Origin: a bacterium
GTDB lineage: Bacteria; Patescibacteriota; Minisyncoccia; Phycocordibacterales; UBA9973
Length of the DNA: 64,000 bases
NCBI GenBank assembly: GCA_037127795.1
Contig: JBAXXQ010000001.1
Span: forward strand, 252,274-316,273
Reading direction: 5' to 3'
Shown: positions 47,204-58,124 of the stretch, piece after piece
Layout: every line of letters starts with the position of its first letter
Position numbering within the stretch: position 1 is the first letter of the stretch
Made by a program: the position numbers and the translations under genes
The notes under the pieces: generated by a model
What the model saw: the letters and a program-made list of their open reading frames with translations, nothing else
Databases searched by the model: none
What the model was told of the DNA's origin: nothing

Positions 47204-48523
47204 ATGGAAAATACTCAAAAGGTAGTTACAAGATTTGCCCCAAGTCCAACAGGGAATTTGCACTCAGGTTCATATAGAACCGCTATTTTTTCATATTTAT
47301 TTGCAAAAAAGCACAATGGGGAATTTATTTTACGTATAGAAGATACAGACAAAGAACGCTCAAAAAAAGAATTTGAAGACAATATTTTGGACAGTCTACA
47401 ATGGCTCGGTATTTCGTATGATAGCTTTTATCGCCAAAGCGAACACATTGCTCGCCACCAACAAGTACTCGCACAGCTTATTGCAGATGGCCATGCATAT
47501 ATTTCAAAAGAAGAGGCAAAAGATGGTAGTGGAGTAATCAAAGAAATCGTCCGTTTCAAAAATCCTGGCACTGATATAAGCTTCCAAGATGAGATCAAAG
47601 GTACAGTGACTATGCACACTGGTGACCTTGGAGATTTTGTTATTGCAAAAAGTGCAACAGAGCCGCTCTTTCACCTTGCAGTAGTGGTAGACGATTTTGA
47701 TGAAGGGGTGACGCATGTAATCCGTGGAGAAGACCATGTATCAAATACACCGCGCCAGATACTCATCCAGCGCGCAATCGGTGCTCCTACGCCTATATAT
47801 GCCCATATACCACTTGTACTCGGGCTCGATAAGCAAAAGCTCTCAAAGCGCAAAGGGGCCCTCGCTATGACCGAATATAGAGATCTTGGGTATTTGCCAG
47901 TGGCACTTTTGAATATGGTTTCTATGGTGGGGTGGAACCCAGGGACACCACAAGAACTTTTTGACAAAGTTGCGCTTATTGCAGAGTTTGATCTCGCAAA
48001 AGTGCAAAAGTCTCCTGCAGTATTCAATCCAGAAAAGCTTGATTGGTTCAATCGTGAATATATCAAACAACTTTCTTCTGTTGAATTTTGGAACTATGCA
48101 GAAAAATATATTGCACAAGATATAAAACTCGAAACTCTTTTGCGTGAGCGAATTACAAAATTTAGTGATATCAAGACTATGGTAGATAGTGGGGAATTGT
48201 CTTGGTTTTTTGCTGAGCCTGATATGAAGCTCGAAAATATTGTATGGAAAAATCTCAAAAATGATACAGAAGGTATTACAAAAACAAAAAAATATATTGC
48301 GACAGTAGTAGAAAATTTGGAAGTAGTACCAGAAGCTAATTGGAATAAAGATAGTATAAAAAGTGCTATATGGGATTTCGTAGAAGCGACAGGAAAAGGT
48401 GATGTGCTCTGGCCTATGCGACTTACGCTCTCAGGGCTCGATCGTTCTCCAGATCCATTTGAGCTTGCAGAAATTCTCGGTAAAGAAAAAACTATTGCAC
48501 GATTGCAAAAGGTTATTTCGTAA
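47204..48523 (+). CDS. gltX: glutamate--tRNA ligase
   Basis: RFAPSPTG, LRIEDTD, THVIRGEDH, KLSKR. Confidence 0.96.
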   Translation: MENTQKVVTRFAPSPTGNLHSGSYRTAIFSYLFAKKHNGEFILRIEDTDKERSKKEFEDNILDSLQWLGISYDSFYRQSEHIARHQQVLAQLIADGHAYISKEEAKDGSGVIKEIVRFKNPGTDISFQDEIKGTVTMHTGDLGDFVIAKSATEPLFHLAVVVDDFDEGVTHVIRGEDHVSNTPRQILIQRAIGAPTPIYAHIPLVLGLDKQKLSKRKGALAMTEYRDLGYLPVALLNMVSMVGWNPGTPQELFDKVALIAEFDLAKVQKSPAVFNPEKLDWFNREYIKQLSSVEFWNYAEKYIAQDIKLETLLRERITKFSDIKTMVDSGELSWFFAEPDMKLENIVWKNLKNDTEGITKTKKYIATVVENLEVVPEANWNKDSIKSAIWDFVEATGKGDVLWPMRLTLSGLDRSPDPFELAEILGKEKTIARLQKVIS

Positions 48524-48532
48524 TATTTGTAT

Positions 48533-50608
48533 ATGAAAAAGCAAAACGTATTTGAATTAAAAAGCGACTATAGTCCGGCTGGCGATCAACCCGAGGCTAT
48601 CAAGCAATTGAGTAAAGGACTCGATGATAATTTGCAATTGCAAACTTTGCTTGGTGCGACTGCGACTGGAAAAACTTTTACCATGGCAAATATCATTGCC
48701 GAAAAACAAAAGCCGACACTTATTATTGCGCACAACAAAACACTTGCCGCTCAGCTCGCACAAGAGTTTAAAGTATTTTTCCCTAATAATGCCGTGCACT
48801 ATTTCGTATCGTATTACGATTACTACCAGCCAGAAGCGTACATGCCGACGACTGATACATTTATCGAAAAAGATGCACAGATAAACAAAGAAATAGATAG
48901 ACTTCGCCATGCGACTACACAATCACTCCTCACTCGCAATGATTGTATTATTGTCGCGTCTGTATCTTGTATTTATGGATTGGGTTCTCCCAAGGAATAT
49001 GAAAAAGTAAATTTGCACTTGAGTTTGAATACAAAAATTACTCGTACTGAGCTTATGCAAAAGCTGGTAAGTATTCATTTTACACGGACCAATGCAGACC
49101 TTAGTCCAGGGCAATTTCGTGCATTAGGAAATAAGGTAGAGATCATGCCGGTGTCTGAAGCGGTGACATATAGTATCGATCTCGGTGTACAAGGCATACA
49201 AAAAATTCTTAAAATAGATCCTGTAACATCTCGTATTATCCAAGAAGAAGGTGATATTTTTGTCTTCCCAGCAAAACACTTTATAACCAATGAGGCTGAA
49301 AAAGATAAGGCTATAAAAGCTATAAAAAGTGAGCTCGACGCACAATTGAAACATTTTGAAAAAGAAGGGAAGCTTCTCGAAGCGGAGCGTATCAAACGCC
49401 GTACCACATACGACCTCGCTATGATAAAAGAAATGGGGTACTGCTCAGGTATAGAAAACTACTCTCGTCATATGTCTGGCAAAAATGCAGGAGAACCACC
49501 AGAGACATTGCTTTCATATTTTCCACACGACAAAAACGGAAATCCTGAATTCTTGCTTTTTATTGACGAAAGTCATGTGACATTACCGCAACTACAAGGT
49601 ATGTATGCAGGGGATGCATCTCGCAAATCTACATTGGTGGAATTCGGCTTTAGACTACCGAGTGCAAAAGATAATCGCCCACTCAAATTTGAAGAATTTA
49701 AAGAACGGATTGGGCAAACTATTTTTGTATCTGCAACACCGGGAAAATATGAAGCAGAGCATGCAGAGCAAGTGGTAGAGCAAATCATCCGTCCGACAGG
49801 ACTCGTTGATCCAGTGGTAGAGATTCGTCCTATTCTTGAAGATGGTCCATATCTCGGTCAGGTGTATGATTTTATTGCAGAAGCAGAAAAAGAAATTGCA
49901 AAAGGAGGGCGAGTACTCGCAACAACACTCACAAAAAAAATGGCAGAAGATCTTGCAAGTTTTTTGAAAGAGAAAAAAATAAAATCAGAATATTTGCACA
50001 GTGATATCAAAACCATTGAGCGTATTCAAATTATTACCAAATTCCGTAAAGGAGAATTTGATATTTTGGTTGGGGTGAACTTGCTTCGAGAAGGGCTTGA
50101 TATGCCAGAAGTTTCGCTTATTGGTATTTTGGATGCAGACAAAGAAGGCTTTTTGCGCAGTGAAGTATCACTTATTCAGACTATTGGGCGTGCTGCGAGA
50201 AATGCCGATGGGCGCGTTATACTCTACGCAGATCGCATTACAGGCTCAATGGAGCGTGCTATAGGGGAGACTAGTCGTCGTCGCGAAAAACAACTCGCGT
50301 ACAACAAAAAGCACGGTATTACCCCAATGACTATCAAGAAGAAAATCCATGACATTATGGAAGGTATGGAAAGCGATCATGCTCGCGCGGTCAATGCTGA
50401 GCTCGCGCTTGATATGGCGCTCTTTGCTGCAGCTATGGAGCCATCAAAAGGTAAAAGCGGGAGAGGAAAAAAGAATCCTATAGAAAAGCTCATCAAGCTC
50501 AAAGAAGATGAAATGAAAGAATCGGTAAAACTTCTCGATTTTGAAACCGCTGCAATCCTCCGCGATGAAATAAAAGTCTTGAAAGAAAAAACGTATATTA
50601 CGGAATAA
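48533..50608 (+). CDS. uvrB: excinuclease ABC subunit B
   Basis: PAGDQP, GKTFT, FVSYYDYYQPEAY, DESH, C-terminal UVR domain. Confidence 0.98.
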   Translation: MKKQNVFELKSDYSPAGDQPEAIKQLSKGLDDNLQLQTLLGATATGKTFTMANIIAEKQKPTLIIAHNKTLAAQLAQEFKVFFPNNAVHYFVSYYDYYQPEAYMPTTDTFIEKDAQINKEIDRLRHATTQSLLTRNDCIIVASVSCIYGLGSPKEYEKVNLHLSLNTKITRTELMQKLVSIHFTRTNADLSPGQFRALGNKVEIMPVSEAVTYSIDLGVQGIQKILKIDPVTSRIIQEEGDIFVFPAKHFITNEAEKDKAIKAIKSELDAQLKHFEKEGKLLEAERIKRRTTYDLAMIKEMGYCSGIENYSRHMSGKNAGEPPETLLSYFPHDKNGNPEFLLFIDESHVTLPQLQGMYAGDASRKSTLVEFGFRLPSAKDNRPLKFEEFKERIGQTIFVSATPGKYEAEHAEQVVEQIIRPTGLVDPVVEIRPILEDGPYLGQVYDFIAEAEKEIAKGGRVLATTLTKKMAEDLASFLKEKKIKSEYLHSDIKTIERIQIITKFRKGEFDILVGVNLLREGLDMPEVSLIGILDADKEGFLRSEVSLIQTIGRAARNADGRVILYADRITGSMERAIGETSRRREKQLAYNKKHGITPMTIKKKIHDIMEGMESDHARAVNAELALDMALFAAAMEPSKGKSGRGKKNPIEKLIKLKEDEMKESVKLLDFETAAILRDEIKVLKEKTYITE

Positions 50609-52102
50609 TTATTCCACGTGTACGGTTACGTTTGTTTTTTCATTTTTTACTTTAATAAAGAATGCGAGAAAACCTCCAATACATACCACAATACTTGATA
50701 TAAGAAATACGTTTGAGTATGCGTCTACTTGTGCCTTGAGTGTTATGAGTGCGATATATTTTTGTATATCTATAAGTGCGTGGCTGTGTAGTGTACTAAA
50801 GCGATTTATTTTGATTACATAGTTTTCTGTTGAGTTGGTAAGTATGGTACCAAATATTGCAATACCAAAAGCTCCTGCAATATTTCGTGCGAGAGAGAGG
50901 ATCGATGATGCAATACCAATCTCGTGTGGATCGACAACAGATGCAATGATATTGGTACGTTGTGCCATACCGAGCCCAAGTCCAAATGCCATAACACATA
51001 GAGGGATTATGATATCAAGCGCAGTAGATCGTGGGTCTATTCTTGCAAACAAAAGCAATCCCAATGCTGCAATAAATGTACTAATAGCAATGATATAGCG
51101 AGATTCTACTTTGCCGGTGAAGCTCCCACCGATAGGAGATGCAAGTACCATCATAAATGCCATCGGCATAAATAAATACCCAGATTCTGTTGCGGTGTAG
51201 CCGAGGAATGTTTGTGCAAAAATAGGTAATAAGAAAATACTTCCCATCATACCCATGAAGACGATAAAGTTGTTTATGAGTGTATGTACAAAAGCTGGTA
51301 TTTTGAAAAACTTCAAATCAACAATCGGCTCTGGTACCTTCTTTTCTATTTCGATAAATATTTTTGTAAATACAACAATGACTACATAACAAATAATACT
51401 GCTCAATGATAGCCAGCCCCAATCGGTCCCTTTATCCAAAACCAATACCAATGCAGACAGTGCGCTACCGAGTGTGATAGCTCCCCACCAGTCAAAGAAA
51501 TTTGAAACTTTTTCAGAGCGAGATTCATTGATGAATCGCATCGCCATAAGAAGCCCAATAATACCTACGGGTAGATTTATCAAAAAGACTGAACGCCAAC
51601 CGAAGTTGTCGATAAGTGGTCCACCAAGTAGTGGGCCGAATACACTTGCTGCAGCAAATGCAGAAGACCAAATACCGAGTGCTTGTGCGCGCTCTTTACC
51701 TTCTTTAAATGTCACCGCAAGAATTGCCATAGCGGTAGGGTAGTCGGCAGATCCTGCAATTGCTTGTATCACACGAAATACAATCATAGAAGAAAGATTC
51801 CATGAAAGTCCTGCAAGTACTGATCCAAAAATGAATATAGTAAAGCCAAGTATGTACACCTTTTTTCTTCCTATAGTATCGCCAAGCTTACCCCAAATAG
51901 GGACAAATATTGCATTAGCAAGAATATATGCCGTCGCAATCCATCCCGCAGAAGATGTGGTGATATTGAAGTCGTTGATAATCTTTGGTAGGGCAAGGTT
52001 TACAATAGTTTGATCGAGGCGCCCCAAAAAGGTACCCACAATAACAGTGAGCAATATCCACCAGCGGAGGGTATTTTTCTTTTCAGGCTTTTCTTCGGGC
52101 AT
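50609..52102 (-). CDS. DHA2 (EmrB/QacA) family MFS efflux pump
   Basis: LDQTIVNLALPKI, GKLGDTIGRKK, GPLLGG, WRSVFLINLPVG. Confidence 0.92.
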   Translation of the reverse strand: MPEEKPEKKNTLRWWILLTVIVGTFLGRLDQTIVNLALPKIINDFNITTSSAGWIATAYILANAIFVPIWGKLGDTIGRKKVYILGFTIFIFGSVLAGLSWNLSSMIVFRVIQAIAGSADYPTAMAILAVTFKEGKERAQALGIWSSAFAAASVFGPLLGGPLIDNFGWRSVFLINLPVGIIGLLMAMRFINESRSEKVSNFFDWWGAITLGSALSALVLVLDKGTDWGWLSLSSIICYVVIVVFTKIFIEIEKKVPEPIVDLKFFKIPAFVHTLINNFIVFMGMMGSIFLLPIFAQTFLGYTATESGYLFMPMAFMMVLASPIGGSFTGKVESRYIIAISTFIAALGLLLFARIDPRSTALDIIIPLCVMAFGLGLGMAQRTNIIASVVDPHEIGIASSILSLARNIAGAFGIAIFGTILTNSTENYVIKINRFSTLHSHALIDIQKYIALITLKAQVDAYSNVFLISSIVVCIGGFLAFFIKVKNEKTNVTVHVE

Positions 52103-52104
52103 GA

Positions 52105-52752
52105 TTATTTATTTGGATAAATGGTAATTTTTGCAGACATACCATTTTTGATTTCTGGGTATGCAGTAGTGTCAAAGCGCACTTTTATATCGAATTTTTT
52201 TGTAGGACGTTTGTCTGAAATAGAGAAGGTGATAGTAGTATCGTCTGATGTTTGACTCACACTATCGACAGTTCCTTGATATGTTTTTGAGCCGAATGCG
52301 TCAATAGTAAAGCTTGCTGTTTGTCCTGGGGTAATATCTTTGAGTCCTTTGTTTTCTTCTATTTGCCCTACAACTTCGAGATCTTCAGGGTGTATCATAG
52401 ATACTACAGTTTGTCCTGGGTTGTACAGTGCACCAAGAGTGTTTTGAATACTTACTACGGTACCAGATACTTTTGAAGAAACGATAGTACTTCCTACGAG
52501 TGCTACAGGAGTGTTTGCTTCTATGTGGCCACCTTCTTGTACATATACTGCGTTGAGGATACCAGCACTTGGTGCAGAGAGATTTATAATAGGTGCTTGT
52601 ACTTGAGAATTTTCTATTGAAATAGTATTTGCTTGCAATTCCCAAGCGATAAATACAATTACCAAAACTATTGCGCCGACAAGTCCACTAAGACTTTGTA
52701 CCCAAGGTTTTTTAAATACACTTTCTTTTTTTGTTATTTTTTCTTGTTCCAT
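52105..52752 (-). CDS. EmrA/HlyD-like adaptor (short, no alpha-hairpin)
   Basis: TM, lipoyl-like halves, TIDAF, GMSAKITI. Confidence 0.8.
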   Translation of the reverse strand: MEQEKITKKESVFKKPWVQSLSGLVGAIVLVIVFIAWELQANTISIENSQVQAPIINLSAPSAGILNAVYVQEGGHIEANTPVALVGSTIVSSKVSGTVVSIQNTLGALYNPGQTVVSMIHPEDLEVVGQIEENKGLKDITPGQTASFTIDAFGSKTYQGTVDSVSQTSDDTTITFSISDKRPTKKFDIKVRFDTTAYPEIKNGMSAKITIYPNK

Positions 52753-52756
52753 AAAA

Positions 52757-54013
52757 TTATTGTAATACTGCTACTTTATCATTTTGAGAAAGTCCCGATA
52801 CGACTTCTACATGGTCTTGGTCGGTAATACCGATAGTTATTTCTTTTTGGACATTGGTATTGCCTTGGTGTACTACTGCATATGTTTTTCCATTTTTATA
52901 AATGACACTTGTTTTTGGAATAAGTAAAACATTATCTTTAGTAGTTGTTTGTGCGAGCATAGTAATAGCCGCAGAATTTGGTGTAATGATTTGTCCAGGA
53001 TTTATTGCAACACTATGTATAACACCATCATTTGGTGCGGTGATTATAGTATTGTTGTAATTTGCTTGTGCGATTTGTACTGCACCGAATGCGCTTTCTA
53101 CTTGTGCTTTTGCAGTTGCAACATCTTCTGGGCGAGCGGCAGTTTGGAGATTTATAAGTGCTGCATTTGCTTGATCAAGTCCTGCTTGTGCAAGTGCTAA
53201 TACTTGGTCTTTTGTTTGTAATGCTGTTTGGTATGCATTGTAGTTTGCAGTGTAGTTTACAGAATTTTTATTTGGAATATGAATAACCCAATTTGGTTGA
53301 CTTTGTTTTGTACTAAAAGTAATGAACAATCCAGTATCTGCAATTGGTTGGGGAACAGTAGTACTCATAGTGCCTGTGTAGTTGTCGAGCATCCCTGATG
53401 CATTGAAATATCCATTATCTCCTCCTGGATATGCTTGGATTATGATGTCTCCTTGTTGGGTTTTTGTATAACTACCAGAAAGTGTTGGTGCTTGCACAGT
53501 AGTATCGTTTGAGGTGGTTGTTATTTCGAGTCCACTACTAAGCAATTTTGAATATGCATTTGCTACAGCGATAGTTTGTTGTTTAGTCGCTTGGTCGAGA
53601 TTTACTTGTGCTGTTTTTACTGCAGCTTTTGCAACATCAATTGCAGAGCTTGTCGCACCATTGAGTACTTTTTGATAATTTGCTTGTGCAAGCGCATATG
53701 CAGCTTTTGCTTGGTTTATAGAGCCTTGTGCTGTGCCATTGTCGAGCGTTGCAAGTACTTGCCCTGTTTTGACTGAGTCGCCATTGTGTACAAGGACTGA
53801 TTGAATTTTTCCTCCAGAGACAAAAGCAAGTGTAAGGTTTTTGTTTGCTATGTCTGTTTGTGTTATTGAGCCAAGTGTTACAGGAACAAAACTATATACT
53901 TTTTTGGTATGAATCATTTTGTAGCTAATACCACTTACGATAATTGCAATACCAAAAAATATTGATATAGCGAGTTTTGGTTTATTGAAAAATGTAATAA
54001 TGTGTTTTTTCAT
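52757..54013 (-). CDS. HlyD/RND-type adaptor with long coiled coil
   Basis: GDSVKTGQVLATLD, ITAPNDG, VLLIPKTSV, VEVVSGL. Confidence 0.85.
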   Translation of the reverse strand: MKKHIITFFNKPKLAISIFFGIAIIVSGISYKMIHTKKVYSFVPVTLGSITQTDIANKNLTLAFVSGGKIQSVLVHNGDSVKTGQVLATLDNGTAQGSINQAKAAYALAQANYQKVLNGATSSAIDVAKAAVKTAQVNLDQATKQQTIAVANAYSKLLSSGLEITTTSNDTTVQAPTLSGSYTKTQQGDIIIQAYPGGDNGYFNASGMLDNYTGTMSTTVPQPIADTGLFITFSTKQSQPNWVIHIPNKNSVNYTANYNAYQTALQTKDQVLALAQAGLDQANAALINLQTAARPEDVATAKAQVESAFGAVQIAQANYNNTIITAPNDGVIHSVAINPGQIITPNSAAITMLAQTTTKDNVLLIPKTSVIYKNGKTYAVVHQGNTNVQKEITIGITDQDHVEVVSGLSQNDKVAVLQ

Positions 54014-54014
54014 A

Positions 54015-54431
54015 TTATTTTGCGGTTATTTTTTTTAATACAGTTATAAAATATTCTTTTTCTGAAATGGTTATTTTTGAAAACATTTTTTTGAAAAGAG
54101 AATGTTTTTTATTGGTAAGGTTTTTTACAATAAGAGAAGATTTGGGGGTGAGGGTGATATGTACTGTTCGTCTATCTGCTGGATCATATTGTCGTTTGAC
54201 CAATCCTTTTTTGATCATCGGAGTTATGATTGCGGTCACCGATGGTGGAGTTATCTGGAGTAGGGAAGCGATTTCTTTCATAGTCGGGTTTTTCTTTTCC
54301 GATACTATATGCAGGATTTCCCATTGTGCCATGGTGCAATCGATTTTTTTGGTTTGATCGCGCATCGTTTCTATGATCGCTCGCTTGAAATTAATCAGTG
54401 CGTTTTCTAGCTCTATGTCTATATGGTCCAT
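54015..54431 (-). CDS. MarR family transcriptional regulator
   Basis: TMKEIA..LQITPPSVT; KGLVKR..DPADRR..ITLT. Confidence 0.92.
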   Translation of the reverse strand: MDHIDIELENALINFKRAIIETMRDQTKKIDCTMAQWEILHIVSEKKNPTMKEIASLLQITPPSVTAIITPMIKKGLVKRQYDPADRRTVHITLTPKSSLIVKNLTNKKHSLFKKMFSKITISEKEYFITVLKKITAK

Positions 54432-54432
54432 A

Positions 54433-54464
54433 TACTTAGCTTGTCTAATTATTATATAATCTAA
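54433..54464. promoter_or_regulatory. putative tandem MarR operators
   Basis: TTAG-N5-CTAA (54436-54448) and TTAT-N5-CTAA (54452-54464) between the marR start and its TTGACT -35. Confidence 0.45.
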
Positions 54465-54537
54465 ATATATACGTACGAGAATAAAAAGTCAAACACAGAC
54501 CCTTTCAATATATGCATTTTTGTGCTATAAAGCATGG

Positions 54538-57210
54538 ATGCCAACTCCTAAAAAGATCGAAAATATTCGTCCATTACCAGACAAAAAAGCACACGATAGT
54601 ATCGTGGTAAAAGGTGCGCGAACACACAATCTCAAGAATATTTCAGTAGAAATGCCTCGAGGTAAAATGATTGCAATCACTGGGCTTTCTGGAAGTGGAA
54701 AATCTTCTCTCGCATTTGATACTATATTTGCAGAAGGACAACGTCGCTATGTCGAAAGTCTTTCTTCATATGCACGACAATTTTTGAATCAAATGCCCAA
54801 GCCTGATGTAGATGAAATCACCGGACTTTCTCCTGCGATCTCTATTGATCAAAAATCTCGTTCAAATAATCCTCGTTCGACTGTGGCGACTATTACAGAA
54901 ATATATGACTATCTTCGTGTATTGTATGCGCGTGTTGGTAAAGCATACTGTCCTGTCTGCGGTACGGTGATTCAAAAGCTTTCTCTTGAAGAAATCAACA
55001 ATTTTATCATTGCAAAAATAAAAGAAATTGCAAAAGAAAAATCTGGTACAAAAAAGAAAGTAATGGATGTAGAGTGGAATGATACTCGTATACAAATCTA
55101 TGCACCGATTGTGCGTGGAAGAAAGGGTGAATATTATCAGCTTCTATATGATTTGCTTGGAAAAGGGTTTAGTACTGTCCGCATAGATGGCAAAATATTT
55201 AGTTTGCGTGAGAAAATAGAGCTCCACAAAACAACCAATCATAATATTGAAGTATTGGTAGATGAGCTCGCTGTGCATGAGTTTAAAGATAATCCTCGTG
55301 ATGCAGAATTGCGACTTTTTGAAGCAGTAGAGCGTGCAACGCTTGAAAGTAGTGGCTTGGTGCAAATTGTTTTTGGTGTATCAGAAGATTTTGAAATGCA
55401 GACACAAGTGCAATCAGAATTTCTTTTGTCATCAAAGTTTTCTTGTCCAAATGATGGATTCTCTTTCCCAGAAATTGAACCACGCCTTTTTTCTTTCAAT
55501 AGTCCATATGGCGCATGTCCGGATTGTAATGGTATAGGATCAAAGTTTTTTGGTGGTACAGAGCCATGTGATACCTGTCATGGTAAGCGCCTTCGCCCAG
55601 AAGCATTGCATGTATTTTTGGAAGCCATAATTAAAAAAGAAATAAAAAAAATAAACGTTGTAGAACTCACAGCTCTTTCTATCGAAGAAGCATTTGAATT
55701 TTTTGCTTCAATAAAACTTTCTCCAAAAGATGCAGAAGTTGCAAAAGCGGTAATTAAAGAAATTGAAGATAGACTCATATTCTTGCTCAATGTAGGTCTT
55801 GAATATCTCACACTCGATCGTACCGCAAATACACTCTCTGGTGGGGAGAGTCAACGTATTCGTCTCGCAAGTCAGCTTGGAAGTCGTTTGGTAGGTGCTT
55901 TGTATGTGCTCGATGAGCCGACTATCGGGCTTCACCAGCGCGACAATGAACGCTTGATTCAAACATTGCTTGATTTGCGTAATGCAGGCAATACTATCCT
56001 CGTGGTAGAGCATGATGAAGATACTATTTTTGCTTCAGACTTTTTGGTGGATATTGGGCCAGGAGCTGGTATACACGGGGGAAATGTTATTGTTGCAGAT
56101 TATCTCGACACATTACTTAAAGCAAAGAAAAATGATTCAGGAAGTCGGACACTTGCATATCTTCGTCATGAAGATGAAATTGCAATTCCTGAAAAACGCC
56201 GCGATCAAGACAAAGGCACTCTTCGTATCACTGGTGCGAGTCTGCACAATATCAATAATCAAAATATAGAAATTCCGCTTGGAAAAATGGTTGCAATTAC
56301 TGGGGTATCTGGTAGTGGTAAGAGTACGTTTTTGTATGATATTTTGTATAAAAATTTGCAAGCACGTTTTGAACGTAAATTGCGTAGTGCACAAATATAT
56401 AATTGTGCCTCATTTACTGGTACAGAATATCTTGCTCGCGCAATCATGATCGACCAAAGTCCTATTGGGCGTACTCCCCGTTCAAACATTGCGACATATA
56501 CTGGAGCATTTAGTCATATTCGAGAAATTTTTGCCGCAACAGAAGAAGCACGACTTCGCGGGTGGAAGATAAATAGATTTTCATTCAATGTAAAAGGTGG
56601 TCGTTGTGAAGCCTGTGAAGGTAATGGTGAAATAGCTGTAGAGATGCACTTCTTGCCGACTGTGTATGTGACCTGTGATGTATGTAATGGAAAGCGTTTT
56701 GATAAAGAAACACTCACCGTAAAATATAAAAAGAAAAGTATATATGATGTATTGCAATTGTCTGTAGAAGAAGCACTTGCATTCTTTGGAGATATTCCCG
56801 CATTGTATGATCGATTGAAAACACTTTCTGATGTAGGTCTTGGGTATGTAAAATTGGGACAAAGTGCAACAACACTTTCTGGGGGAGAAGCACAACGTGT
56901 CAAAATTGCCTCAGAACTTTTCCGTCCATATTTAGAAAAGACTATGTACTTGCTCGATGAGCCGACAGTAGGGCTTCATTATGATGATGTAAAAAATCTT
57001 ATTGGTGTACTCAATCGTCTTGTTGCAAAAGGGAATACGGTAGTAGTGATTGAGCACAACCTTGACCTTATCAAGTGTGCAGACTATCTGGTAGATTTTG
57101 GTCCAGAAGGAGGTATAAATGGTGGAAAGATTATTGCTCGTGGTACCCCCGAAGAAGTCGCAAATAACAAACACTCACACACCGGACACTATCTCAAAAA
57201 GATTTTGTAA
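54538..57210 (+). CDS. uvrA: excinuclease ABC subunit A (lacks insertion domain)
   Basis: [42 protein letters not shown], zinc fingers. Confidence 0.97.
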   Translation: MPTPKKIENIRPLPDKKAHDSIVVKGARTHNLKNISVEMPRGKMIAITGLSGSGKSSLAFDTIFAEGQRRYVESLSSYARQFLNQMPKPDVDEITGLSPAISIDQKSRSNNPRSTVATITEIYDYLRVLYARVGKAYCPVCGTVIQKLSLEEINNFIIAKIKEIAKEKSGTKKKVMDVEWNDTRIQIYAPIVRGRKGEYYQLLYDLLGKGFSTVRIDGKIFSLREKIELHKTTNHNIEVLVDELAVHEFKDNPRDAELRLFEAVERATLESSGLVQIVFGVSEDFEMQTQVQSEFLLSSKFSCPNDGFSFPEIEPRLFSFNSPYGACPDCNGIGSKFFGGTEPCDTCHGKRLRPEALHVFLEAIIKKEIKKINVVELTALSIEEAFEFFASIKLSPKDAEVAKAVIKEIEDRLIFLLNVGLEYLTLDRTANTLSGGESQRIRLASQLGSRLVGALYVLDEPTIGLHQRDNERLIQTLLDLRNAGNTILVVEHDEDTIFASDFLVDIGPGAGIHGGNVIVADYLDTLLKAKKNDSGSRTLAYLRHEDEIAIPEKRRDQDKGTLRITGASLHNINNQNIEIPLGKMVAITGVSGSGKSTFLYDILYKNLQARFERKLRSAQIYNCASFTGTEYLARAIMIDQSPIGRTPRSNIATYTGAFSHIREIFAATEEARLRGWKINRFSFNVKGGRCEACEGNGEIAVEMHFLPTVYVTCDVCNGKRFDKETLTVKYKKKSIYDVLQLSVEEALAFFGDIPALYDRLKTLSDVGLGYVKLGQSATTLSGGEAQRVKIASELFRPYLEKTMYLLDEPTVGLHYDDVKNLIGVLNRLVAKGNTVVVIEHNLDLIKCADYLVDFGPEGGINGGKIIARGTPEEVANNKHSHTGHYLKKIL

Positions 57211-57211
57211 A

Positions 57212-57859
57212 ATGACTAATAAACAATTAGAAAAAGCTAAAGAGGTATGGAAGTTGATTGGTCCAGTGCTTTTGAAAAAGTATAAAAGAGATAAAAATTT
57301 TTTGGATTATACTAATCCTTTTGAGTTACTTATTGCGGTAATACTTTCTGCGCAAACAACAGATGAAGGGGTAAATAAAATCACCCCTATGCTTTTTGCA
57401 AAATATGGGACGCCTGAGAAAATGGCAAAAGCAAAAATAGAAGATTTACAAATGCTTGTGCAAAAAGTAAATTACAATCGCGTGAAGGCGGGGTATATAC
57501 AAAAGACCGCCAAAACTCTCTCCGAGAGTTTTGGCGGCAAAGTCCCGCTCGATGTAGAACAATTGCAAACTCTCTCTGGTGTCGGCCGCAAAACAGCGAT
57601 AGCAGTCATGACCAATCTTTCAGATACGCCCTATGGAATCCCTGTAGATACGCATGTGCTTCGTTTTGTAAAACGGTTTAATCTCACAAAAAACACTGAC
57701 CCAAATAAAGTAGAGCAAGATTTACTACAAATAATTCCCAAAAAAGATTGGAAACGCGCCGGCTATGCAACAAAGGAATATGGAAGAAAAGAGGGGAAAG
57801 CAAGACCGTATAAACCAGAACTTGATCCATTGATGGATGTGTATAAAAAAATGCGATAG
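57212..57859 (+). CDS. nth: endonuclease III-like HhH-GPD glycosylase without Fe-S motif
   Basis: NPFELLIAVILSAQTTD, LSGVGRKTA, PVDTHV; the protein has no Cys. Confidence 0.88.
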   Translation: MTNKQLEKAKEVWKLIGPVLLKKYKRDKNFLDYTNPFELLIAVILSAQTTDEGVNKITPMLFAKYGTPEKMAKAKIEDLQMLVQKVNYNRVKAGYIQKTAKTLSESFGGKVPLDVEQLQTLSGVGRKTAIAVMTNLSDTPYGIPVDTHVLRFVKRFNLTKNTDPNKVEQDLLQIIPKKDWKRAGYATKEYGRKEGKARPYKPELDPLMDVYKKMR

Positions 57860-57866
57860 GTTTTAC

Positions 57867-58091
57867 CTAGCGCACTTCATTTGCAAGATTTGTTTCAATA
57901 TTAAATTCAGATAGTCCAACAAGGAATTCAGCTAATATTTTTTTAGTCTTATATGAAGGGTTTTTAACTCTTTCTTGCTCCAGCATTGTTTCAACTCTAA
58001 AGTCATAGGTTCGAGCATCATCCTCTGAAACAAACTTGTTTGTTGCGAGGTTAAAATCTAGACCTTCTAATAACGCATCATTATTTTCCAT
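57867..58091 (-). CDS. small acidic hypothetical protein
   Basis: 74-aa ORF between nth and uvrC. Confidence 0.5.
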   Translation of the reverse strand: MENNDALLEGLDFNLATNKFVSEDDARTYDFRVETMLEQERVKNPSYKTKKILAEFLVGLSEFNIETNLANEVR

Positions 58092-58124
58092 AACTATAAT
58101 TTTATGTTATAATACACTTATATT

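Noticed and set aside
50602-50615. 14-bp palindrome GGAATAATTATTCC at the uvrB/MFS junction
   Set aside because: Explained by two convergent genes both ending GAA-TAA and abutting
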